The translations under genes and the position numbers were made by a program. A stretch of 58,862 bases of DNA, taken from contig JAYUWU010000270.1 in the NCBI GenBank assembly GCA_043753365.1, positions 1 through 58,862 on the forward strand. Reading direction: 5' to 3'. Source of the DNA: Gemmatimonadaceae bacterium (GTDB taxonomy: Bacteria; Gemmatimonadota; Gemmatimonadetes; Gemmatimonadales; Gemmatimonadaceae). This document shows positions 41,049 through 50,974 of the stretch, piece by piece; the first letter of the stretch is position 1; every line of letters begins with the position of its first letter. Below the pieces are notes generated by a model. That model made no database searches, was not told the DNA's origin, and worked only from the letters and a program-made list of their open reading frames with translations.

Positions 41049-42149
41049 TTAATCGTGCAAAGGAAGTGACCTGGCCCGTAGATGGCCACCCCCTCGCTGA
41101 CCAAGCACTGCCGAAACCTCGGCCACGATCGAAAAAGCGATCGCCTCCGGACCATCACCGCCGAGATCGATGCCGATCGGCGAATAGATCCTGGCGTCAG
41201 AACTTCCACCGATCGCCGCCAGCATTCGCTCTCCCCGCGCGCGCGGACCGAGCACGCCGATATAGGCGACATCTGACGCAAGCAGCGCACGCACATACTC
41301 GGTGTCACGCTCGAAATGATGTGACATCGCGACGACCGCGCTGTGCTCACTTAGCTCGACGCATCGGCCAAGCTCACCCGGTTCGGCACACTCGATAAGC
41401 CGCGCGCCCGGAAACCGCGCCTCATGCTCGGGCACAATGGGCCGATGGTCGATGAGAGTTAGATTCCAACCTAACTGGGTTCCCAGGCGCACCAGTGGAA
41501 GCACATCAGGACCAGTCCCGCAAATCACGAGTCTCATCGCTGGCCTCACTACTTCGAACGCGATCACGACACCGCCGTAATCCCGCACGATACCCTGCCG
41601 CCCCGCCGCCATCGCATCACCCGAATTGTTTCGTGCCAACTCCTGACATCTCCGGTCGCCCCAGTCGCCGATCGTCGTGACGGTCTCACCAGTGAACAAC
41701 GCATGAGCACCAACCACAGGCGAGCCGTTTTCACCTATCGTTGCGGTGACAGTTGCGAGGATGGACGGCGCAGTCGCCGACAACGCCTGCTCGAGCAATC
41801 GCCCGACAGCGCCAGCAGCCGACGAATCGAGCGGCTCGAGCAGAACATCTATCAATCCATTACAGCCAAGCCCCAGTCCCCACGACGTATCATCGTCAGC
41901 ACGTGTGTCGTAGGTCACAACGCGAGGAACCTGCGACGCATGCACATCCTTGGCATGCTCGGCAAGATCACTCTCGAGACATCCACCGCTAACGATTCCA
42001 ACGGTCGACCCATCGACATGCGCAACCATTCTTGTCCCCACGCCGCCATAGCTCGACCCCGTAATACGCACGACGGTCGCAAGCACGACTGACTCGCCCG
42101 ACTCGGCGGACCTGAAAAGCGCATCGACGATGGTACGATGAGTCGTCAT
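41049..42149 (-). CDS. xdhC: XdhC/CoxI Moco-insertion chaperone
   Basis: VSGGCLESD, GLGLGCNG, YIGVLGP and PIGIDLG. Confidence 0.92.
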   Translation of the reverse strand: MTTHRTIVDALFRSAESGESVVLATVVRITGSSYGGVGTRMVAHVDGSTVGIVSGGCLESDLAEHAKDVHASQVPRVVTYDTRADDDTSWGLGLGCNGLIDVLLEPLDSSAAGAVGRLLEQALSATAPSILATVTATIGENGSPVVGAHALFTGETVTTIGDWGDRRCQELARNNSGDAMAAGRQGIVRDYGGVVIAFEVVRPAMRLVICGTGPDVLPLVRLGTQLGWNLTLIDHRPIVPEHEARFPGARLIECAEPGELGRCVELSEHSAVVAMSHHFERDTEYVRALLASDVAYIGVLGPRARGERMLAAIGGSSDARIYSPIGIDLGGDGPEAIAFSIVAEVSAVLGQRGGGHLRARSLPLHD

Positions 42150-42203
42150 TGCATCAAATCTATAATCTTGCCGCTCTCCGCAACGGCAACCATCTTCACA
42201 TTC

Positions 42204-44309
42204 ATGCCAGCAGTCGGATCAAGCGTCGCGCGCAAGGATGGAATCGGGAAAGCAACAGGCGCCGCGAAGTATGCGGACGACCTCTCGTTTCCCGGAATGC
42301 TTCACGGCCGGACAATCCGCTCGACAATTCCAAGCGGTCGCATCAAGTCGATATCCTACGACTTCGATACCACCGGCTTCACTATTGTCGATTACCACGA
42401 TGTCCCCGCGAAAAACGCAGTGGACCTCATGTCGCAGGACCAGCCATTCCTGGCCGAGCAGGAGATCAGGCATTTCGCTGAGCCGATCGTGTTGCTCGCG
42501 CACGAAGACAAGGAAAAGCTGAGCCAGGCGAATGTCGTCATCGAATACGAGCACACTGATCCTCTCTTCGATCCCGAGCTGTCGACACAGGTCTTCAAGT
42601 CTGTCGAGATCCTCAAGGGCGATGTCGATTCTGCATTTGCGGATTTCGGACTGGTGGTTGTTGAAGGCACGTACCGCACTGGCCACCAGGAACACGTATA
42701 CATCGAGCCGAACGGTGTCATCGCCGTTCCCGAAGACGGCGGCATCGCGATCTACGGCTCGGTCCAGTGCCCCTTCTATGTAATCAAGGCGCTGCGCTGT
42801 CTCCTCGGTTCCGCACATCCCAACGTGCGCGTGATTCAGACGGAAACCGGCGGCGGATTCGGCGGCAAGGAAGAGTATCCGTCGATGATTTCCGGGCATG
42901 CAGTGATGCTTGCGATCAAGTCGGGCAAACCGGTGAAGATCATCTACGATCGCACCGAGGACATGGAGGCGACGACGAAGCGCCATCCGTCGATCGTGAA
43001 GCATCGCACGGCGGTGACCCCTGACGGCAAGCTCGTCGCAATGGAGATCGATGTCCTCCTCGATGCAGGCGCGTATGTCACGTTGAGCCCAACTGTACTT
43101 TCCCGCGGATGTATTCACGCTGCCGGTCCGTACAACGTCGACAACGTGCGCATTCAGGGACGAGCTGTCTTTACCAACACGCCGCCCAACGGAGCATTCC
43201 GCGGCTTCGGCGCGCCGCAGACAGAATTTGCGGTCGAAGTTCACATGGATCGTATCGCCGAGCAGCTTGGTATGGATGCGGTCGACCTTCGCCGAAAGAA
43301 TGCGCTTCGGCCAGGCGACATTACGGCGACGGGACAGACGTTGCGCAACGACGCGAGCGCGCACATGGTGCTCGAGGAAGCTGTTCGGCGAACTGACTTC
43401 GACAGAAAACGAAAGGAATGGAAGGGAACGAGCAAGGCGATCGGCCTCGCGCTCTTCTATCACGGTGCAGGATTCACCGGCGCCGGCGAGCGCAACCTCA
43501 AGTCGAAAGCTCGGCTCGAGCTGACACCGACTGGAGTCCGCATCGCGGTGGGAAGTACCGAGATTGGACAGGGCACACGCACGATGCACGCGCAAATCGT
43601 CACCGATGCGCTCGGCATTCCCTACGAAGATGTGGAAGTCGCCCAGCCTGATACTTCGCGCGTCGCTGACAGCGGACCAACCGTCGCATCACGCACGTGC
43701 ATGGTCGTCGGGAAGATCCTGGAAGAGTGCGCGCACGAGTTGAAAGCAAAGCTCGGCGATCTTTCCCCGGCCGAGTATCATGCGAAACACGGTGACCTCA
43801 CGATCGAACGCACGTACGAGCCGCCCGACTGGATTCAATGGGACGATGCGCTGTATCGCGGCGACGCGTACGCCACTTATGGCTGGGGGTGCGATGTGGC
43901 CGAGCTCGAGGTCGATCCCGACACCTATGAGGTGAAGCCGATAAAGCTCACCGCCGTGCAGGAGTTCGGGCGCCCGATTCACCCCGCACTCGCACGCGGA
44001 CAGATCGAAGGCGGAACCGCCCAGGGACTTGGCTACGCACTTCTCGAAAAAGTCGTGATGCGCAACGGCGTGATGGCCAACTCCCAGCTCACGAACTACG
44101 TGATTCCAACAACACTCGACATGCCCGAGCTCGACGTCGTGATGATGGAGAATCCGTATCCCGGCGGTCCCTTCGGTGCAAAGGGACTTGGTGAACTTCC
44201 AATGGACGGTCCAGCTCCCGCTGTCGTAAACGCGTTGCGGCATCACGGACTCGACGTGCGCGAGATTCCCGCAGTGCCAGAGCTTCTCGCAACGTCGAGC
44301 CTCATCTGA
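42204..44309 (+). CDS. Xanthine dehydrogenase molybdopterin-binding subunit
   Basis: GGGFGGKEE, AFRGFGAPQ, GPTVASR and AKGLGE. Confidence 0.92.
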   Translation: MPAVGSSVARKDGIGKATGAAKYADDLSFPGMLHGRTIRSTIPSGRIKSISYDFDTTGFTIVDYHDVPAKNAVDLMSQDQPFLAEQEIRHFAEPIVLLAHEDKEKLSQANVVIEYEHTDPLFDPELSTQVFKSVEILKGDVDSAFADFGLVVVEGTYRTGHQEHVYIEPNGVIAVPEDGGIAIYGSVQCPFYVIKALRCLLGSAHPNVRVIQTETGGGFGGKEEYPSMISGHAVMLAIKSGKPVKIIYDRTEDMEATTKRHPSIVKHRTAVTPDGKLVAMEIDVLLDAGAYVTLSPTVLSRGCIHAAGPYNVDNVRIQGRAVFTNTPPNGAFRGFGAPQTEFAVEVHMDRIAEQLGMDAVDLRRKNALRPGDITATGQTLRNDASAHMVLEEAVRRTDFDRKRKEWKGTSKAIGLALFYHGAGFTGAGERNLKSKARLELTPTGVRIAVGSTEIGQGTRTMHAQIVTDALGIPYEDVEVAQPDTSRVADSGPTVASRTCMVVGKILEECAHELKAKLGDLSPAEYHAKHGDLTIERTYEPPDWIQWDDALYRGDAYATYGWGCDVAELEVDPDTYEVKPIKLTAVQEFGRPIHPALARGQIEGGTAQGLGYALLEKVVMRNGVMANSQLTNYVIPTTLDMPELDVVMMENPYPGGPFGAKGLGELPMDGPAPAVVNALRHHGLDVREIPAVPELLATSSLI

Positions 44310-44752
44310 TGCAATTCACACTGAACGGCAAAACGCGGCAAGTCGAAGCGCATCCAATGTCACGCCTGCTCGACGTACTGCGCGAAGATTGTGGTCTCAC
44401 CGGCACCAAGGAAGGCTGCGGGGAAGGTGAGTGCGGCGCCTGCACAGTGCTCATCGACGGGGAGCCGGTATGCTCGTGCATCATTCCCGCATCACAGGCC
44501 GAAGGGACAGACATCGTCACTATCGAAGGACTCGGCGGAACTCATCCGCTCCAGGCCTTGTTCATGAACGAGGTTGGGGCGCAGTGCGGCATCTGCACAC
44601 CGGGGATGATCCTCGCCGCGATGACGTTGCCGGAAAAGCCGACGCTCGACGACGTGAAAGTCGCACTCGCAGGAAATCTCTGTCGCTGCACAGGATACTC
44701 GGCCATCTATCGCGCGGTGCTCAAGTGGCGCGGCATGCCGGTGCCTGAATGA
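44309..44752 (+). CDS. Xanthine dehydrogenase 2Fe-2S subunit
   Basis: GCGEGECGAC, QCGICTPG and NLCRCTGY. Confidence 0.95.
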   Translation: MQFTLNGKTRQVEAHPMSRLLDVLREDCGLTGTKEGCGEGECGACTVLIDGEPVCSCIIPASQAEGTDIVTIEGLGGTHPLQALFMNEVGAQCGICTPGMILAAMTLPEKPTLDDVKVALAGNLCRCTGYSAIYRAVLKWRGMPVPE

Positions 44753-45567
44753 GGACGCCACTTTCCGAGCTCGATCTCCGGAAAGCGACATCCGTCGATG
44801 AAGCACTCGGAATTCTTCGTGATGATCCAAGAACTCCCATTGCTGGCGCGACTGATCTGTACGTCGCGCTGAACTTCGGAACTCTCGCCCCGCGCAGGTT
44901 CCTCGACATATGGACCCTCGACGAGCTTCGCACGATATCCGTTCACGGAGACAACCTCGTCATCGGTGCACTCACCAGCTACACAGCGCTGATGCAATCG
45001 CACCTTGTCGCCGAGTGGGTGCCGATGCTGGCTGAGGCGTCGCGGATGGTTGGTGGGGTGCAGATCCAGAACCGCGGCACGATCGGTGGTAACATCGCGA
45101 ACGGATCACCTGCAGCGGATGGCGTGCCTGTGTTGTCAGCGACCGACGCCGTGATAGTTCTACGCAGCATCGATGGTGAGCGGCGCGTTCCGGTCAATTC
45201 GTTTTATTCGGGTTATCGCAAGACAGTGATGCGTTTTGACGAATTGATAATCGCTGTCGAGATTCCGGCGGTCGAAGGGAAGCAGTGGTTTCGCAAGGTC
45301 GGCACGCGCGCAGCGCAGGCGATATCGAAGATCGTGATGGCGGCAGTGCGGTCGCCGGCTCCCCGCATCGCCCTCGGCAGTGTGGGCCCGACTGTCGTTC
45401 GCGTTCCTGAAACGGAAAGCGCGCTTGCCTCAGGTGCATCGATAGACGAGGCTGTAGAAATTCTTGGACGCGAGATCGTGCCCATCGACGACGTTCGCTC
45501 GACTGCCGATTATCGCCGTCGCGTCGCGATGAACCTGCTCAAGCGATTCTGGTCGGGGACGGGCTGA
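44749..45567 (+). CDS. Xanthine dehydrogenase FAD-binding subunit
   Basis: AGATD, QIQNRGTIGGN..SPAAD and PIDDVRSTADYR. Confidence 0.93.
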   Translation: MRTPLSELDLRKATSVDEALGILRDDPRTPIAGATDLYVALNFGTLAPRRFLDIWTLDELRTISVHGDNLVIGALTSYTALMQSHLVAEWVPMLAEASRMVGGVQIQNRGTIGGNIANGSPAADGVPVLSATDAVIVLRSIDGERRVPVNSFYSGYRKTVMRFDELIIAVEIPAVEGKQWFRKVGTRAAQAISKIVMAAVRSPAPRIALGSVGPTVVRVPETESALASGASIDEAVEILGREIVPIDDVRSTADYRRRVAMNLLKRFWSGTG

Positions 45568-46847
45568 CGGTAATCCGCGGCCGCCGGGTCGTCACGCCCG
45601 AGGGAATTCGTGAGGCGTCCATACATATAGAAGGAGGCCGGGTCACGCGCGTCGCCGAACATGGGGATCCGGGATCGTCGGACGTCCACGATGTTGGCGA
45701 CTCGATCGTGATGCCGGGCATAGTCGATACCCACGTTCATGTGAACGAGCCTGGCCGAACCGAGTGGGAAGGCTTCGAGACCGCCACGCGTGCGGCAGCA
45801 GCGGGAGGTGTCACGACGATTCTCGACATGCCGCTCAACTCAATTCCTCCAACAACCACCGTCGCCGGCCTCGAGGCGAAACGCGAAGCCGCGGCTGGGA
45901 AGTCGCATGTGAATGTCGAGCTCATCGGGGGAGTCATCCCGGGAAACGCGGAAGATCTCGAGCCGCTCGCCCGCGAGGGAATTCGAGCGTTCAAGTGCTT
46001 CCTGTCGCCCTCGGGAGTCGAGGAATTTCCCTGCGTGTGCGAAGCCGACCTCGAGATTGCGTTTCCGGTGCTCGAACGGATCGGCTTGCCGCTGATGGTT
46101 CATGCCGAGGATCCTGCGTTTCTTCGCGAAGCTCCTGCGTCTCAGCGTTACGCAGACTACCTCGCTTCGCGACCCGTCGAGGCAGAACACTCAGCGATCA
46201 AGATGCTGGTGCGACTCATGAAACAGTGGGCCGTTCCGGTGCACATCGTCCATTTGTCATCGTCGACATCGCTGGAGATAATCCGGGCCGCGAAAAACGA
46301 ACGGCTGCGACTCACAGTCGAGACCTGCCCCCATTACCTCACGTTCGCCTCGGAAGAAATTCGCGATGGCGCCACTGAATACAAATGCGCGCCTCCGATT
46401 CGTGGATCGATCGAGCGAGAACTCCTGTGGGACGCGCTGATTGCCGGCGACATCGACCTGATTGCGTCCGATCACTCACCGTGCCCGCCCTCGATGAAAG
46501 CGACCAGCGGAGACTTCAGCAGAGCATGGGGTGGCATCGCATCGCTGCAGATATCGCTTTCCGCCGTATGGACCGGCGCACGAACACATGGGCAGCCGCC
46601 TGAAAAGCTCGCACAGTGGATGAGCTCAGAACCCGCCAAACTCGCCGGTCTCAGCGATAAAAAGGGAAAGATCGCAGCAGGGTACGACGCAGACATCGTG
46701 ATCTGGAATCCCGATAAATCTGCAGGAGACGCGCGAAACCTCCCGATGCACCGGCACCACCTCACGCCATACTCCGACGTCGATCTCTACGGACTCGTCG
46801 AGGCGACGTATGTTATGGGACGACTATGGGATCCTTCACAGACCTGA
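45564..46847 (+). CDS. allB: Allantoinase (probable CTG start at 45564)
   Basis: DTHVHVNEPGRTEWEGF, DMPLNS, ETCPHYL, KCAPPIR, SDHSPC and WGGI. Confidence 0.93.
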   Translation: MTVIRGRRVVTPEGIREASIHIEGGRVTRVAEHGDPGSSDVHDVGDSIVMPGIVDTHVHVNEPGRTEWEGFETATRAAAAGGVTTILDMPLNSIPPTTTVAGLEAKREAAAGKSHVNVELIGGVIPGNAEDLEPLAREGIRAFKCFLSPSGVEEFPCVCEADLEIAFPVLERIGLPLMVHAEDPAFLREAPASQRYADYLASRPVEAEHSAIKMLVRLMKQWAVPVHIVHLSSSTSLEIIRAAKNERLRLTVETCPHYLTFASEEIRDGATEYKCAPPIRGSIERELLWDALIAGDIDLIASDHSPCPPSMKATSGDFSRAWGGIASLQISLSAVWTGARTHGQPPEKLAQWMSSEPAKLAGLSDKKGKIAAGYDADIVIWNPDKSAGDARNLPMHRHHLTPYSDVDLYGLVEATYVMGRLWDPSQT

Positions 46848-47809
46848 TCGACCTCGCCTCCGAACGACTCGGCGGCGCAGTGCTCATCGCCAACGATGAG
46901 TTCTTCGCCCCAAAGGAAGCGATGCTCAAGCCCGGAGCTCCCGAGTGGCGGGCCGAGGCATACACTGAGCGCGGAAAGTGGATGGACGGCTGGGAGACAC
47001 GCCGGCGTCGCACCGCCGGAAACGACTGGGCGATCGTAAGACTTGGCGCACCGGGAGTAATCCGCGGAATCGTTATCGATACGGCATGGTTCACAGGCAA
47101 TTATCCCGAGAGCGCAAGCATCGATGCTGCGAGTGTCGAAGGAACTCCTTCGGCCGAGTGGCTGGCGGGGTCCGAGGTGCGGTGGGAGGCATTGCTCGAG
47201 AAGACGGCTCTTAAAGGCAACACGACCAATGAATTGAAGGTCGAAAACGGGCGGCGGTTCACGCACCTGCGCCTGAACATCTTTCCCGACGGCGGAGTCG
47301 CGAGGCTCCGCGTTCATGGTGAAGTGATTCCATCGGAAACCGTGCTTCGCGGTCGCGAGGTCGATCTCGCTGCAATGGAGAATGGCGGCTATGTCGTCTC
47401 ATGCAGCGACATGCACTACGGGCACCGCCAGAATCTGATACTGCCAGGTCGATCCACTCACATGGGAGACGGCTGGGAAACCAAACGACGACGCGGCCCC
47501 GGCAACGACTGGTCGATAGTACGTCTCGCACAACGCGGTACCATCAATCGAGTCGAGCTCGACACCGATCACTTCAAGGGCAACGCACCCGGAAGCTGCA
47601 TGATCGAGTCGTGCGACATAGTGGACATCGGCGGAAAGTTCGACGCTGAAAAGGCAACCTGGACACCGCTCATCCCCGAATCGCCGACACAACCGCACAC
47701 TCGGCACCATTTCGATGTCGTCGTGCCAAAAACGGTGACGCACGCTCGGCTGAACATATATCCCGACGGCGGAGTCGCGAGACTCCGGCTATTCGGAATG
47801 GCAGAGTGA
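46826..47809 (+). CDS. alc: Allantoicase
   Basis: Two repeats of DGWET.RRR and PDGGVARLR. Confidence 0.95.
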   Translation: MGSFTDLIDLASERLGGAVLIANDEFFAPKEAMLKPGAPEWRAEAYTERGKWMDGWETRRRRTAGNDWAIVRLGAPGVIRGIVIDTAWFTGNYPESASIDAASVEGTPSAEWLAGSEVRWEALLEKTALKGNTTNELKVENGRRFTHLRLNIFPDGGVARLRVHGEVIPSETVLRGREVDLAAMENGGYVVSCSDMHYGHRQNLILPGRSTHMGDGWETKRRRGPGNDWSIVRLAQRGTINRVELDTDHFKGNAPGSCMIESCDIVDIGGKFDAEKATWTPLIPESPTQPHTRHHFDVVVPKTVTHARLNIYPDGGVARLRLFGMAE

Positions 47810-48294
47810 CACCCGAGGAATTCAATGCGATGCCCGATGTTCGCGCAGCCGACGTGTTTCGCTCGTGCTGCGGGTCTTCGCGTTGGGTGAACGGAATGGT
47901 GAACAGACGGCCTTTCAATTCGCTTGACGCGATCCTGAAGGCTTCCGATGAAGAGTGGCAGTCGACGAATGAGCGTGACTGGCACGAGGCGTTCGCGCAT
48001 CATCCGAGAATCGGCGACCGCACCGCAAGCGGCTGGGCGGGCGGAGAGCAGGCGGGCGTGTTGAGTGCTGAAGAATCTCTCCAGGAAGCAATCGCGGCAG
48101 TCAACCAGGAGTACGAGGACTACTTCGGCCACATCTACATCGTTTACGCTTCGGGCAGAACCGCCGAGGAGATGGTGGCCGACGCGCGCGCGCGCATGAA
48201 TAACGACCCTTCGACGGAGCTGCGAATCGCGGCGGCCGAGCAGCATAAAATCACGCAGCTGAGACTGAGAAAGCTTCTGGGAGAAAACAGATGA
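47806..48294 (+). CDS. uraD: OHCU decarboxylase
   Basis: HPRIG, EQ, Y...FG...IV and EQHKIT.LRL. Confidence 0.92.
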   Translation: MTPEEFNAMPDVRAADVFRSCCGSSRWVNGMVNRRPFNSLDAILKASDEEWQSTNERDWHEAFAHHPRIGDRTASGWAGGEQAGVLSAEESLQEAIAAVNQEYEDYFGHIYIVYASGRTAEEMVADARARMNNDPSTELRIAAAEQHKITQLRLRKLLGENR

Positions 48295-48614
48295 GCACCA
48301 TCAGCACACACGTTCTCGACACATCGATCGGCAGACCCGCCGAAGGAATCCGTGTAACGCTTCAGCGTGATGGTTCGCTGCTTGGTACCGGCGTCACCGA
48401 TCAGGATGGGCGCGTGCGCGACCTTCTCGAGAGTGGCTCATCACTCTCCGAGGGTGATTACCGGCTGACGTATTCAGTGGCCGAATATTTCGGGAAGCGC
48501 GATTCGTTTTACAACGAGGTGGTGATTCACTTCCATATCGCTGATGAAAATGAGCATTATCACATGCCACTGTTGCTGAGTCCCTTTGGGTACTCGACTT
48601 ACCGGGGAAGCTGA
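48291..48614 (+). CDS. uraH: 5-hydroxyisourate hydrolase
   Basis: STHVLD, DGR and C-terminal YRGS. Confidence 0.96.
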   Translation: MSTISTHVLDTSIGRPAEGIRVTLQRDGSLLGTGVTDQDGRVRDLLESGSSLSEGDYRLTYSVAEYFGKRDSFYNEVVIHFHIADENEHYHMPLLLSPFGYSTYRGS

Positions 48615-48622
48615 GCGGGGCA

Positions 48623-48864
48623 GGGTCAACCCCATGTTGCGCGGATTCGGCGGATAACTGCGCGGATTAGGCGGATAGACCACGGCACCATTCCGAGGCT
48701 ACACATGGACTCGCCACACCCTGATTTCTTTTTCTGGTTTTCAACCCCAGAAAAGCAACGCCTTAATTCTTAGGTGATGGTAGTTCCCATCCCGGCCGCT
48801 CTCCATAAAAATCCGCGTAATCGGCTTGATCCGCCAAATCCGCAAACCCCTGGGTTTCACGCTT
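48623..48864. repeat. Long palindromic element E6 (GCGGAT arms; TTTTCA at 48738-48743)
   Basis: Arms are inverted repeats; central TTTTCTGG-TTTTCAACC-CCAGAAAA hairpin. Confidence 0.92.
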
Positions 48865-48875
48865 GAAGCCGCGCT

Positions 48876-50180
48876 TCATTGCGCTCCGGAGACTCGCCAG
48901 ACGGCATTGCCAACATCGTCGGCCACAAGAAGCGCTCCACGATTGTCCAGTGCCACGCCGACGGGGCGCCCCATCGCATCTCCGTTCGCCTTCACGAAAC
49001 CAGAAAGTACATCTACGGCTTCCCCTGAAGGCCTGCCACGACTGAAAGGCACGAAGATCACCTTGTAGCCGCTTCGCGGCTCACGATTCCACGATCCGTG
49101 CTGCCCGACGAACATGCCATGGCTGAAGGGCAGCGACGTCTGCGCACCGTAAGCGAGCCCGAGCGATGCAGTGTGTGCGCCGAGCGCGTAGTCGGGAACG
49201 ATGGCGCGGGCGACGAGGTCGGGCCGCGCAGGTTTTACACGAGTGTCGACGTGCGTGCCGAAGTAGCTGTACGGCCAGCCGTAGAATCCGCCATCGCGCA
49301 CTGACGTCATGTAGTCGGGCACGAGATCACTTCCGAGTTCATCGCGTTCGTTGACCGCGGTCCACAACGCGCCGGTGTTTGGTTCCCATGCGAGCCCGAC
49401 GGGATTTCGCAGGCCCGATGCGAAAATGCGATGCTCCCCTGTGCCGGTATCAATCTCCCAGATTGCAGCGCGTTCAACTTCCTTGTCCATCCCGTTCTCG
49501 GCGACGTTGCTGTTTGATCCGACGCCGACGTAAAGTTTCGATCCGTCGCGGCTGGCGATGAGGCTTTTTGTCCAATGATGATTGAGCCGGCCGCCCGGAA
49601 GAACTGCGACCGGGGTCGATCGTGAAGTGATGCTCGTCGCGCCCGGAGTATAGAGAAAGCGGATGACCGCATCGCTGTTGGCGACGTAGAAAGTGTTGCC
49701 GACGAGCGCCATGCCGAACGGTGATACGAGGCCGGAGACGAATACTGACCGCACTTCGGCGACCCCATCTCCATTGCTATCGCGAAGCAGAGTGATTCGA
49801 TTCGCGCTTGGCACTGCTCCGCCGGCTTTCTTCTGGAAGTACTTGAAGAAGAATCCCTTTATCCCCTTCGCATCGTCAGGCCGGGGAGGAGCATTCGTCT
49901 CGGCGACAAGAACATCTCCGTTGGGGAGAACGTAAAGCCATCGTGGGTGGTCGAGCCCCGTTGCAAATGCGGTGACAGTGGTGCCGGGTGCTCCTGTCGG
50001 TTTGTTGTCGCCCTTCCATCCCTTCGCCGTTACAACGTTGACCAGTGGGATAAGCGACCTCTCCGGCGCCGGCAACTGCGGCGAGCTACCCATGCCTGCA
50101 GAAACCGGCAACCGTGCCGGCGATGCGCATGCTGTGTAAATGACCGTCGCCGCGAGGACGATGCGGTGGGCTCCTCTCAT
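48876..50180 (-). CDS. L-sorbosone/aldose sugar dehydrogenase-like beta-propeller lipoprotein
   Basis: LDHPRW, GLRNPVG, NERD, PDYALGAH and QHGSWNR. Confidence 0.9.
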   Translation of the reverse strand: MRGAHRIVLAATVIYTACASPARLPVSAGMGSSPQLPAPERSLIPLVNVVTAKGWKGDNKPTGAPGTTVTAFATGLDHPRWLYVLPNGDVLVAETNAPPRPDDAKGIKGFFFKYFQKKAGGAVPSANRITLLRDSNGDGVAEVRSVFVSGLVSPFGMALVGNTFYVANSDAVIRFLYTPGATSITSRSTPVAVLPGGRLNHHWTKSLIASRDGSKLYVGVGSNSNVAENGMDKEVERAAIWEIDTGTGEHRIFASGLRNPVGLAWEPNTGALWTAVNERDELGSDLVPDYMTSVRDGGFYGWPYSYFGTHVDTRVKPARPDLVARAIVPDYALGAHTASLGLAYGAQTSLPFSHGMFVGQHGSWNREPRSGYKVIFVPFSRGRPSGEAVDVLSGFVKANGDAMGRPVGVALDNRGALLVADDVGNAVWRVSGAQ

Positions 50181-50214
50181 GTTGACAGTTATTGCAAGTC
50201 CCGGGCGACACGCA

Positions 50215-50455
50215 AGGTCAAACCCATTGGTAGCGGATTCGGCCGATTTAGCGGATTTGGCCGATAAGGCGGACAGAGATTTTGTCGTCGCCATCGAGTT
50301 CCCCTGAGGCAGCTCAATTTTCTTTTTCTGGTTTTCACCCCAAATAGGCCAAGCCTGATTCTCAGGCGACGTTAGTTCTCATCCCGGCCACTTCCCCTAA
50401 AAATCCGCCTGATCGGCTTGATCCGCCAAATCCGCAAACCCCTGGGTTTTCCGCT
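50215..50455. repeat. Long palindromic element E7 (GCGGAT/GCCGAT arms; TTTTCA at 50332-50337)
   Basis: Right half aligns with the right half of E6 over about 140 bp; arms are inverted. Confidence 0.92.
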
Positions 50456-50974
50456 TCAAAGAACAGCCTGCAAAGCATCACGCGCCTGGATCCATCGAAG
50501 ATCCCAGGATCCCTCTACTTCCACATAACGTGATCCCGATTCAACAACTGCCGCGCGAAAGAGGTCCTGCATCTCGGCACGGCGGTCGCCGCGATCACGA
50601 ATTCCATCAGCGATCCACGGAACGTCAATGCCAAGAAGCAGGTAAAGATCCGGTCTTCGCTCACGCGCCAGTTCAGAGATCCACGCAGGACATCCGCCGA
50701 AATAATGTTCGCAGTACACAACAGTGCTCAGCAGATCAGTATCCTGAATCACGAGGCCTCTTCCGCCAGCAGCCAACGCTGCGTGTTTGTCCTCCAACGC
50801 CATCTGCCCGCGAGTGATCGGACCGTGATCAGCAAAACCGATCGGGCCCTGCTTCGACTCGGCAAATTCGCGAACGAACTCGGGGACAAATTCACCTCCA
50901 AAGTGCTCGGCAAGCCGTTTCGTGAGAGCGGTTTTCCCCGTCGATTCCGATCCCGTGACGACTACGCGGATCAC
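50456..50974 (-). CDS. NadR-like ribosylnicotinamide kinase domain (AAA_28), stand-alone
   Basis: GSESTGKT, VPEFVR, DTD and PWIADGIR. Confidence 0.88.
   Translation of the reverse strand: MIRVVVTGSESTGKTALTKRLAEHFGGEFVPEFVREFAESKQGPIGFADHGPITRGQMALEDKHAALAAGGRGLVIQDTDLLSTVVYCEHYFGGCPAWISELARERRPDLYLLLGIDVPWIADGIRDRGDRRAEMQDLFRAAVVESGSRYVEVEGSWDLRWIQARDALQAVL

Noticed and set aside
42219-43595. 458-aa minus-strand ORF (likewise 12621-13670 and similar)
   Set aside because: Antisense shadow of a well-supported gene in GC-rich DNA.
42204-45567. Aerobic CO dehydrogenase
   Set aside because: The active-site loop is AFRGFG rather than AYXCSFR, and the context is purine catabolism.
50181-50294. 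N-terminal extension MATTKSLSALSAKSAKSAES of the dehydrogenase
   Set aside because: Derived from the E7 repeat arm; the signal peptide starts at 50180.
48623-50455. Elements as integron attC sites
   Set aside because: No RYYYAAC/GTTRRRY ends, longer than typical attC, and no integrase in the window.
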